Source: Solirubrobacterales bacterium (lineage in GTDB: Bacteria > Actinomycetota > Thermoleophilia > Solirubrobacterales > Solirubrobacteraceae). Taken from it: 64,000 nucleotides of DNA. A program made the translations under genes and the position numbers. The number at the start of each line of letters is the position of its first letter. Position 1 is the first letter of the stretch. Positions 56,198-64,000 of the stretch are shown here, piece by piece. Under the pieces are notes generated by a model. The model saw nothing but the letters and a program-made list of their open reading frames with translations, did not search any database and was not told the origin of the DNA. Location: NCBI GenBank assembly GCA_025963965.1, contig JAOPZS010000044.1, forward strand, positions 4,170 to 68,169. The letters are read 5' to 3'.

Positions 56198-57745
56198 TCA
56201 GCCTCGATCGCGCCCGGCGGCGCGCCTCGGCGCGGCCCTCGGGCGCAACTGCCGGCGCCGCAGGTCGACCGCCTCGAAGCTGCCGTCGGAGGCGTAGGTG
56301 TGAGTCGCCCGGCCGCCGACGTCGCCGGGCTCGATGCGCCCGATCTCGTGCTCGGCGTAGCGCTCGACCGTGAGCTCGTCGATCTGGCGGAATGAGATCG
56401 CCCCGCCGTAGCGGAGGCTCGAGTCCTGTGCCGGGCGCACGAGCCGATCCCCCCAGCGCTGGACGGCGCCGGCGGGGCGCCCGGCGCGCACATCGGAGAC
56501 GACCGGGTTGCCCGCATGCGCCTCCCACGGTCCCCTCAGCTCCGTCGCGCTGAACAGGTGCAGCTCGTCGAGCAGCGTGGCGCCGGGCGCGGCGACGTTG
56601 ACGAACAGCCACAGCCGCCCATCGTGCTCGAGCAGCGTGGCGTCCGAGGCCGCGATCCCCTCGAGCAGCACCGCCTCCCGACGCCACTCGCGCGGAAAGC
56701 AGACGGCGCGATAGAGCTCGACGCGTTGCTGGGAGGAGGTCTCCGGGATCATGAAGACCTCCCCGGCGTGGGCGAAGAGGAATGGATAGGAGAGGTGGTA
56801 GGCCGCCTCGAGCACCGGCTCCGGCGGCCCGGCCGTGGCGCCGTCGGCGCGCAGCTCGACGTGGGAGATGACCGCGCGCCAGCTGTCCGGCCGAATCTCC
56901 TCGCAGAACAGGTGGTGGCGTCCGTCGCGCTCGAAGAGGAACGGGTCGGCGTAGGCGTGCCCCGGCTGCCACCTCACGATCGCGTGCGCTGCCGGCCAGC
57001 CCGCTGCGGGGTCCTCCCCGCGCTCGCGCACGAGCACCTGCCATGGTCGCGCGAACAGCGCCCGCGCGCCGAGGATCCGCAGCCACCGCCACGGCGAGCG
57101 CGCGAGCAGCTCGGCGGTCGAAGGGGCGCGAGCGGCGGGCGCTTCCTGCGGCGCCGGCTCCCCGTCCCCGGCGGCGGCGGCACGGGCGACCATCGACGCG
57201 ACCTTCCACAGCGCCCGGTCGCGGCTGAGCGTCGTCGAGTACGGCCTCGCCGCGGAGACCGTGCGCGCGAGCAGGCGCGTCCCGCTCCCGCCGCGCAGCA
57301 CCGCCTCGGTCTCAACCAACGGGGCCCCGTCGCGAAGGACGGCGCGCCGGAAGGCATCCTCGGCCGGCTCGCGGCGGCCGCCGTGGCGAAGGTACAGGAT
57401 CTCCGGCTCGCTGTCGGGCCCAGTGCTCTCCGCCAGCCATACGAGGAGCTCGGTCTCGCCCGCATCCGCCCGGGACGGCTCGGTGGTGCGCGCCTGACCC
57501 GGCGCGAGGGCATCCGGGCCCAGCCTGAACAGGCGCCGCTCCAGCATGCCGTGGACCCTGCGAGCGACGCCGCGCCGAGTGCTTCCTGCGAGCCTCACGG
57601 CGACGACCTCCAGGCGCGGCGAGGCGCTGAGGGCCTCGAGCGCGCGCAGCTGCCATGCGGGCGTGCCGGGGCCGTCGAGCACCACGGCGATCCGGCGGCG
57701 TGCGGGTGGCGTGCTCGGCATCCGGCTGGTCGGTGATGGTCGCAT
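56198..57745 (-). CDS. Protein with a C-terminal five-bladed propeller (GH43-like / GINT1 N-terminal-like) domain
   Basis: YADPFLF, HLSYPFLF..MIPET, GNPV..RPAG, RPAQD...YG, HTY. Confidence 0.72.
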   Translation of the reverse strand: MRPSPTSRMPSTPPARRRIAVVLDGPGTPAWQLRALEALSASPRLEVVAVRLAGSTRRGVARRVHGMLERRLFRLGPDALAPGQARTTEPSRADAGETELLVWLAESTGPDSEPEILYLRHGGRREPAEDAFRRAVLRDGAPLVETEAVLRGGSGTRLLARTVSAARPYSTTLSRDRALWKVASMVARAAAAGDGEPAPQEAPAARAPSTAELLARSPWRWLRILGARALFARPWQVLVRERGEDPAAGWPAAHAIVRWQPGHAYADPFLFERDGRHHLFCEEIRPDSWRAVISHVELRADGATAGPPEPVLEAAYHLSYPFLFAHAGEVFMIPETSSQQRVELYRAVCFPREWRREAVLLEGIAASDATLLEHDGRLWLFVNVAAPGATLLDELHLFSATELRGPWEAHAGNPVVSDVRAGRPAGAVQRWGDRLVRPAQDSSLRYGGAISFRQIDELTVERYAEHEIGRIEPGDVGGRATHTYASDGSFEAVDLRRRQLRPRAAPRRAAGRDRG

Positions 57746-57780
57746 ATCGCCGGGCGGCCGCGTCCGCTACTTTTCCGGCA

Positions 57781-60051
57781 ATGGACACCGACCCCCGCGC
57801 GCTGATGCTGGGGCTCGGTTGGTTCCCGCAGACGGTCGGCGGGCTCGACCGTTACTACCGCGCGCTGTTCGAGCAGCTCCCCGGGGCTCGCGGCGTCGTG
57901 ATCGGACCGGCCGAGGACGCGCCGGCCGCGATCGAGGCGGTGGCCGGGCACACCGCGCCGCTTGCCCGCCGGATGTGGGCGTTCTGGCGCGCGGCGCGCC
58001 GCGCGGCCGAGCAGACCGACGTCGTCGACGCGCACTTCGCCCTCTATGCGGCCGGGCCGCTGCTGCTCGGTGCGCTGCGTGGCCGGCCCACCGTGTTCCA
58101 CTTCCAGGGCCCGTGGGCGCAGGAGAACGTGACGGCCCGCGACGGCTCGCGCTGGCGCTTCGCGGTGCGCAAGGCGCTCGAGCGGCGCGTCCTGAAGGCC
58201 GCCGACGCCCATCTCGTGCTCTCCGGGGCGTTCCGGCGGGTGCTCGTCGAGCAGTACGGCATCGCCCCGTGGGGCGTTCACGTGTGGGCGCCGGGCGTGG
58301 CGCTGGACGTGTTCACGCCCGGTGACCGTTCCGCCGCGAGGACTCGCCTCGGGATCGAGCAGGACGGCTTCGTCGCCGTCTGCGTGCGGCGCCTCGTGCC
58401 GCGCATGGGCATCGACGGGCTGCTCGACGCTTGGGCGGAGATCGAGCGCGATCTGCCACCGGGATCGGTGCTGCTCGTCGTCGGCGACGGGCCGCTCGCA
58501 GGGGAGCTCGGCGAGCGCGCCGCGCTGCCTCCCCTGCAGCACAGCGTTCGGATGCTCGGCCGCGTCTCGGACGAGGAGCTGATCGAGGTCTACCGCGCCG
58601 CCGATGTCGCGGTCGTGCCGACCCTCGCCGTCGAGGGGTTCGGCCTGGTCGTGCTCGAGGCTGCAGCCTGCGGGACGCCGAGCGTCGTGACCGACGTCGA
58701 CGGGCTTCGCGACGCCGCCGCGCCGCTGGACCCGTCGCTGATCGTGCCCCCGGCCGACGCTGCGGCGCTCGGGGTCCGGCTGCGCTCGGCGGCCCGTGGC
58801 GCTCTGCCGCCGCGCGCGGCCACACGCGAGTTCGCCGCGCGCTACGGCTGGCCGCAGCTCGCCGCCAGACACCTCGAGCTGTACCGCCGCCTCGCGGCCG
58901 GCGAGCGCGATCGCCGGCTGCGCGTCGTCTACGTCGATCACGTCGCGCGCCTCTCGGGCGGGGAGATCGCGATCCTGCGCCTGCTCCCCCACCTGGAGGG
59001 AGTCAACGCGCACGTGATCCTCGGCGAGGAGGGGCTGCTCGCCGAGCGCCTGCAACAGGCCGGCGTCTCCGTCGAGGTGCTGGCGCTGAACGCCTCGACC
59101 CGCGACCTGCGGCGCGACGCGGTGCGGCTGGCGGGCAGCGCTCCCGCCGCGACGCTGCAGACGCTTGCCTACTCGGCCCGCCTGGCGCGGCGGCTGCGGG
59201 CGCTGCGCCCTGACCTCGTGCACACCAACTCGCTGAAGTCCGGGATCTACGGCGGCATCGCCGCCCGAGCAGCCGGCGTGCCGCTGGTGTGGCACCTGCG
59301 CGACCGCATTGCCGAGGACTATCTGCCGCGAGCAGGCGTGCGCCTGATGCGAGCTGCGATCGCGGGCCTCGCAGATGGCGTCATTGCCAACTCCGACTCG
59401 ACCCTCCAGACCCTCCCCGCACGTGCTCGCGAGCGCGGCCTCGTGATCCCGGACTCGGTCGAGGTCCCGCCGCGGCGCGAGCGCGCCGGCCCCGCCACGG
59501 TGACGTTCGGGATGCTCGGCCGGATCGCGCCGTGGAAGGGTCAGGACCTGTTCCTGCGCGCCTTCGCCGCGGCCTTCCCGGCCGGCCCGGAGCGTGCGGT
59601 CCTCGTCGGCGAGCCGATGTTCGGCGAGCACGACTACGAGCGCGGGCTGCACGCGCTGGTCGCGCAGCTCGGCCTGGAAGGGCGGGTCGAGTTCCGCGGC
59701 TTCCGCGAGGACGTCTGGAGCGAGCTCGCCTCCCTCGACGTGCTCGTGCACGCCTCGGTGATCCCCGAGCCGTTCGGCCAGGTGGTGATCGAGGGCATGG
59801 CTGCCGGGCTGGCGGTCCTCGCCCCCGACGAGGGTGGGCCCGCCGACTTGATCGTGGACGGCCGCACCGGCCGTCTGTTCCGCAGCCGCGACGCCGGCTC
59901 GCTGACCGCGGCGATGACGGCGCTGCGCAGCGACCCGGCCGAGCGCAGCCGCCTGGGCGAGGCCGCGAGGGGGGCCGCCGCGGGGTATCACCCGCGTGTG
60001 CTCGGGGCGCGCCTGGAACGCGCCTACGAGGACGTCCTGGCCCGCCGCTGA
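57781..60051 (+). CDS. Tandem double GT4 glycosyltransferase
   Basis: Two GT-B modules: RRLVPRMG..EGFGLVVLEA and GRIAPWKG..EPFGQVVIEG. Confidence 0.9.
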   Translation: MDTDPRALMLGLGWFPQTVGGLDRYYRALFEQLPGARGVVIGPAEDAPAAIEAVAGHTAPLARRMWAFWRAARRAAEQTDVVDAHFALYAAGPLLLGALRGRPTVFHFQGPWAQENVTARDGSRWRFAVRKALERRVLKAADAHLVLSGAFRRVLVEQYGIAPWGVHVWAPGVALDVFTPGDRSAARTRLGIEQDGFVAVCVRRLVPRMGIDGLLDAWAEIERDLPPGSVLLVVGDGPLAGELGERAALPPLQHSVRMLGRVSDEELIEVYRAADVAVVPTLAVEGFGLVVLEAAACGTPSVVTDVDGLRDAAAPLDPSLIVPPADAAALGVRLRSAARGALPPRAATREFAARYGWPQLAARHLELYRRLAAGERDRRLRVVYVDHVARLSGGEIAILRLLPHLEGVNAHVILGEEGLLAERLQQAGVSVEVLALNASTRDLRRDAVRLAGSAPAATLQTLAYSARLARRLRALRPDLVHTNSLKSGIYGGIAARAAGVPLVWHLRDRIAEDYLPRAGVRLMRAAIAGLADGVIANSDSTLQTLPARARERGLVIPDSVEVPPRRERAGPATVTFGMLGRIAPWKGQDLFLRAFAAAFPAGPERAVLVGEPMFGEHDYERGLHALVAQLGLEGRVEFRGFREDVWSELASLDVLVHASVIPEPFGQVVIEGMAAGLAVLAPDEGGPADLIVDGRTGRLFRSRDAGSLTAAMTALRSDPAERSRLGEAARGAAAGYHPRVLGARLERAYEDVLARR

Positions 60052-60125
60052 ACGCTCAAGCATCAGCGTGGTCCGGCCGATAGGGGGCGAGGCGTCAGTT
60101 GCCCCCTCTCTTCAGGAGTCCATGC

Positions 60126-61604
60126 ATGCACGTGCCGGTCCAGCTTCGCCGTCCTCTGAACGCAGTCGCCCTGCTCAGCGCCGCGGCCCTCGCCGCCGGC
60201 CCGCTCGGGCCGGTCGCCGCCGGTGCCGCGCCGAACCCGGCGCGGGCAGAACAGCGCGCGGTGCGGGCCGAAGAACGCGCCGCGCGACGGGCTCAGCGCC
60301 ACCAGGAATCGGAAGCTCGCCATGCGGCCCGCGCCGAACAGCGCGAAGCGAGGCGGAACGCCCGCCACGGCGGCGGCGCCGCCGAAACGGCCGCACCGAA
60401 CACCGAAACGTCCCCCTCGACCACGACCGATCGCGGCTGCAGCGTCAGCGTCGCCGTCAGCTCGCCGCGCGTCCTTTCAGGTGAGACGGTCACCGTGACA
60501 GGGACCGTCACCTGCCCGACCTCGGCCGCCGCCGCCGCGCAGCACGTCGCCATCTACGAACGCCATGGCGGCAGTGGAGCCGCCGCCGCGAGCCTGGCCG
60601 AGACGGCCCTGCCGGCAGCCGACGGCTCATTCACGATCACCTCCGCGCCGCTGCAGGTGAACACCGTCTTCCAGGCGCGCGTGGGCCGTCACCGCGCCCG
60701 CGCTGCGGTCAAGGTCACTCCGGCGATCACGCTCAGCGTGCAGGCACCTGCCTCCGTGGCCTCGACACCCGCCGCCTCCGCGCACGCCAAGCGCGCCAAG
60801 TCGACGTTCACGGGCACCGTCACGCCTGCCGCACCGGGAGCACTGGTGGCGCTGCAGGTGTCGTATGCCACGACAGGCGAGCACTGGCGATCGGTCGCAT
60901 GGACGCACGCCGGCGCCGACGGGACCTACACGATCGTCCACGCGCTGAAGACGCCCGGCACGAGCAGCGTCCGCGCGATCGTCCACGCCGGACGGCACAA
61001 CGCTCTCGCCGTCTCCGAAGCACTCGCCTTTGAAACCCCCCAGCCGCAGAACCCTCAGCTGACCATCGCGAGCTCCTCCGACCCGCTGCTGTCGGGAGAA
61101 ACCGTGACGATCAGCGGCGTGGCGGCGGGCGCCGCAAACGCTCCCGTCAAGCTGCTCGCCCGCACCACCGGCGGTGCCTTCACGGTGATCGCCGAAGGCG
61201 CCACCGACGAAGCCGGGAGGTACTCGTTCGCGCAGTCGCCGCTGCAGAACACGGTCTACCGCGTGACCGACGCGACGGCCGGCTCCACGTCGCTGTTCGA
61301 GGGCGTGGCCTTCGCCCTCACCCCCACCCCCGCTGCGGCGACGGCTACGGCCGGCCAGCCGCTGATGCTGTCGGGAACCGCGACCGGGGCCCCGGCAGGC
61401 CAGGCCGTCTACCTCGAACAGCGCTCCCACTCCGGGATCGGCTTCCACGCGATCGCGACCGGGACCGTCGACGCCACGGCCGCATACGAGATCTCCCACG
61501 CCTTCGCGAAGGCCGGCGAATACGTGCTGCGACTCCACGTCCCGGGCAGCACCACGCATCTGGCGAGCACGAGCGCGCCCTTCACGCTCTCCGTCGCGGC
61601 CTAG
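60126..61604 (+). CDS. Secreted multi-Ig-like domain protein
   Basis: Signal peptide, charged helix, four beta-sandwich-like repeats (SGETVTVTG / SGETVTISG). Confidence 0.72.
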   Translation: MHVPVQLRRPLNAVALLSAAALAAGPLGPVAAGAAPNPARAEQRAVRAEERAARRAQRHQESEARHAARAEQREARRNARHGGGAAETAAPNTETSPSTTTDRGCSVSVAVSSPRVLSGETVTVTGTVTCPTSAAAAAQHVAIYERHGGSGAAAASLAETALPAADGSFTITSAPLQVNTVFQARVGRHRARAAVKVTPAITLSVQAPASVASTPAASAHAKRAKSTFTGTVTPAAPGALVALQVSYATTGEHWRSVAWTHAGADGTYTIVHALKTPGTSSVRAIVHAGRHNALAVSEALAFETPQPQNPQLTIASSSDPLLSGETVTISGVAAGAANAPVKLLARTTGGAFTVIAEGATDEAGRYSFAQSPLQNTVYRVTDATAGSTSLFEGVAFALTPTPAAATATAGQPLMLSGTATGAPAGQAVYLEQRSHSGIGFHAIATGTVDATAAYEISHAFAKAGEYVLRLHVPGSTTHLASTSAPFTLSVAA

Positions 61605-62329
61605 GCGGGTCGCGCCAGCCAGTTCACGACGGTGCGCTCGGCCGCGAAAGCGTCGCGAGCGAGCGGCCCCTCTCCGGTCACCGCGAAGACCTCGTAGCCG
61701 AGCTCGGCGAACAGCTCCCAGATCGCCGCGGAGCTGGTGCCGTACAGGCCCGCGGCTGCGGCGACGTGCTCGAAGATCACGACGGGGCGGGCTTGGGCGA
61801 GCACACCGCGTCCGCCTTCCAGGACTCCCAGCTCGGCTCCCTCGACGTCGATCTTGAGAACCGTCGGGCCGAGCTCGCCGACCTCTGCGTCGAGCGTCGA
61901 GACGTCGACGTCGATGAACTCAGGGTCACCCCGCTCGTCGCTGATCTCAGGACTGCGCCGCAGCCCGCTCCAGCCCTCCAGCCTGCGGAAGTGGCAGAAC
62001 TCGGCGACGCCCGGCTCGGCACCGATCGCCATCTGCCTGCAGTCGACGCCGGGGAACGCCCGCGCCAGCTCGGCGGCGACGCCCGGGATCGGCTCGAACG
62101 CGACGTGCCGGGCGGCGGGAGCGACCCGCACCGCCTCGCGCAGCACCTGGCCGAGGTTGGCGCCGACGTCGACGTAGGCCCCATCGCCGCGCAGCGCGCT
62201 CGCCAGCACGGCGCGGATCGCGATCTCCTCACGCAGCGCCTGCCTCGCGCCGGGATAGAAGGCCGCCAGCAGCTCTGGCCGCTGCAGCCGTCTGGAGACC
62301 GAGGCGACGGCGCGTCTGATCGGCGGCAT
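61601..62329 (-). CDS. FkbM-family methyltransferase
   Basis: VDVGANLG, AFEP, LKIDVEGAE. Confidence 0.9.
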   Translation of the reverse strand: MPPIRRAVASVSRRLQRPELLAAFYPGARQALREEIAIRAVLASALRGDGAYVDVGANLGQVLREAVRVAPAARHVAFEPIPGVAAELARAFPGVDCRQMAIGAEPGVAEFCHFRRLEGWSGLRRSPEISDERGDPEFIDVDVSTLDAEVGELGPTVLKIDVEGAELGVLEGGRGVLAQARPVVIFEHVAAAAGLYGTSSAAIWELFAELGYEVFAVTGEGPLARDAFAAERTVVNWLARPA

Positions 62330-62376
62330 CGCGGGATCCTCTCAGACGGGCGGGGGCTCTGAACTATCATCGGCCG

Positions 62377-63615
62377 ATGGCCGGGCTAGGCGTACGCGAG
62401 GTGCTGCTCGTGACGCCGCGCTGGACACGCGACGGAGGCGTCGCCACGCACGTGATCGCGAGCGCCGCCGCGCTGGCCGCCGACGGCGTGAAGGTGAGCG
62501 TGCTGTGCGCCCGGGTGGATTCCGAGGAGCGTGTGCCCGGCGTCGAGGTCCTCCTCAGCCCGTCGCTGTTCGAGCAGGACGCCACACCCTCCGCGCGGAT
62601 GGGAGCGGCGCTCGACGGTGAGCCGGACGTCGTGCACCTCCACCAGGTCGACGATCCCGTGCTGGTGCGCTCGCTGCGCCGCCGTGCACCGGTCCTCCTC
62701 AGCGTTCACGGCTACACCGCCTGCACGTCCGGGGTCCACTACTTCCGGCCCGGGCAGGAGTGCATGCGCGCCCACGGGGTCGGGTGCTGGGCGAGCCTGA
62801 CGCTGCGGAACTGCGCGCACACGAGCAACCCGGGGCGCCTGCCGCGAAGCTACCGGCAGGCCGCCGGCGGCCTGGAAGCACTCCGCTCGTGCGACCTCGC
62901 GATCGCATACTCGAGCGCGATCGACCGGCACCTGGCGATCAACGGGATCGAGCACCGCGCGACCGTGCCGCTGTTCACGACGATGCGCCCGGCCCACGGC
63001 GGTGGGCACTCCGAGCGGCGCCGCGTCCTGTTCGCGGGCCGCGTCGTCGCGCCGAAGGGCATCGCCGTGCTGATCCGCGCTGCCCGCGACGTCGACGCCG
63101 AGTTCGTGATCTGCGGCGATGGCTGGCGGCTGGAGGAGATGCGCGAGCTCGCGGCACGCACCGGCGTCGCGGGCCGGGTGCGGTTCACCGGCTGGCTCGG
63201 CTCCGAAGAGCTCGCGCGAGAGATCGCCGAATCCTCGCTCGTCGCGATGCCTTCGATCTGGCCGGAGCCGTTCGGCCTCGGAGGGATCGAGGCGTTCGAG
63301 GCAGGACGGCCGGTTGTCGCGAGCCTCACAGGCGGGATCGGAGACTGGCTGCAGGACGCCGTCAACGGCCTGGCAGTGAAGCCGGGGGACGCAGCCGGCC
63401 TCGCCCGCGCCCTGAACGAGCTGCTCGCAGATCCGGCGCGTCAGCAGGCGATGGGCGCGGCCGGACGCGAGATGGCCGCGGAGCGGTTCTCGGCGGAGCG
63501 CCACGTCCAGGCGCTGCGCGAGGCCTACCGGCGCGCGCGATCGTCATGGACGGCGGAGACCAGCGCAGCCGGTTCGCCCGCCGGCGGTACACCCGCCGTC
63601 GGCTCTGCGCCCTGA
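62377..63615 (+). CDS. GT4 glycosyltransferase
   Basis: FAGRVVAPKG, PSIWPEPFGLGGIEA. Confidence 0.9.
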   Translation: MAGLGVREVLLVTPRWTRDGGVATHVIASAAALAADGVKVSVLCARVDSEERVPGVEVLLSPSLFEQDATPSARMGAALDGEPDVVHLHQVDDPVLVRSLRRRAPVLLSVHGYTACTSGVHYFRPGQECMRAHGVGCWASLTLRNCAHTSNPGRLPRSYRQAAGGLEALRSCDLAIAYSSAIDRHLAINGIEHRATVPLFTTMRPAHGGGHSERRRVLFAGRVVAPKGIAVLIRAARDVDAEFVICGDGWRLEEMRELAARTGVAGRVRFTGWLGSEELAREIAESSLVAMPSIWPEPFGLGGIEAFEAGRPVVASLTGGIGDWLQDAVNGLAVKPGDAAGLARALNELLADPARQQAMGAAGREMAAERFSAERHVQALREAYRRARSSWTAETSAAGSPAGGTPAVGSAP

Positions 63616-63650
63616 TAGCCCGCTGCCTGCTTGCAGCTACGATGCCGGGC

Positions 63651-64000
63651 GTGGCGGCCGAGCCTCCCGACGACGGGCGACGGCCCACCCTGCTCTGTCT
63701 CTCGCCGTCGTTCTACCCCGACACGACGCCGACCGCGATCCGCGCCGGGAAGCTCCTCGCACGGCTGAGCCGCGACTGGGACGTCACCGTGCTCAGCGAG
63801 AGCGCCGGACCGCACTCCGCCGGGCCGGTCCGCGTCGAGACCGTCCCGAGCCGCAGGCCCCGGCGGCTGCTCTCGACGCTGCGGCGCCTGCGTCTCGACA
63901 AGCTCCTCGAGCTGCTCGTGTGGCCGGACGAGTCGATCTTCTGGGTTCGCCCCGCGATCCGCGCCGGGCGACGCCTGATCTCCGCGCGCCGGCCCGAGGC
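63651..64000 (+). CDS. Probable GT4 glycosyltransferase, N-terminal part (runs off the window)
   Basis: Manual translation: PTLLCLSPSFYP..AIRAGKL..WDVTVLS..WPDESIFWV..RRPE; GTG 7 nt after TACGAT. Confidence 0.65.
   Translation, partial: MAAEPPDDGRRPTLLCLSPSFYPDTTPTAIRAGKLLARLSRDWDVTVLSESAGPHSAGPVRVETVPSRRPRRLLSTLRRLRLDKLLELLVWPDESIFWVRPAIRAGRRLISARRPE

Noticed and set aside
1-64000. tRNA, rRNA, IS/integrase, prophage or CRISPR-Cas
   Set aside because: No such signatures seen by eye; tRNAscan and Infernal were not run.

Overview
A very GC-rich (~70%) bacterial chromosomal segment. It is most likely from an actinobacterium of the Thermoleophilia/Solirubrobacterales type; this is inferred from gene content and style, not from a database search. 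It holds about 66 protein genes. I saw no tRNA, rRNA, CRISPR array or mobile element. In order, the main blocks are: (1) lipid/acyl-CoA genes; (2) a compact set resembling the mycobacterial methylglucose-lipopolysaccharide (MGLP) genes Rv3030/Rv3031/Rv3034c/Rv3038c; (3) an unusual parA-ftsZ operon outside any dcw cluster, in which FtsZ carries a ~120-aa N-terminal extension starting with a ParB-like ParA-activating peptide (the strongest candidate for an undescribed system); (4) a Get3/ArsA-like ATPase, a degenerate HEPN-like protein, pilT/U, rpoD, an AKP-repeat histone-like protein, a c-di-AMP riboswitch ahead of rlpA, and a degenerate GGDEF protein; (5) a desaturase/reductase pair with a divergent MerR-family regulator and a palindromic operator; (6) glpX plus the oxidative pentose-phosphate operon pgi-gnd-zwf-opcA-pgl; (7) egtB-egtD; (8) assorted housekeeping genes; (9) a PAPS-synthesis (cysD-cysNC), sulfotransferase and glycosyltransferase locus that runs off the right edge. 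Many genes look leaderless, with a TANNNT hexamer 6-7 nt before the start codon.
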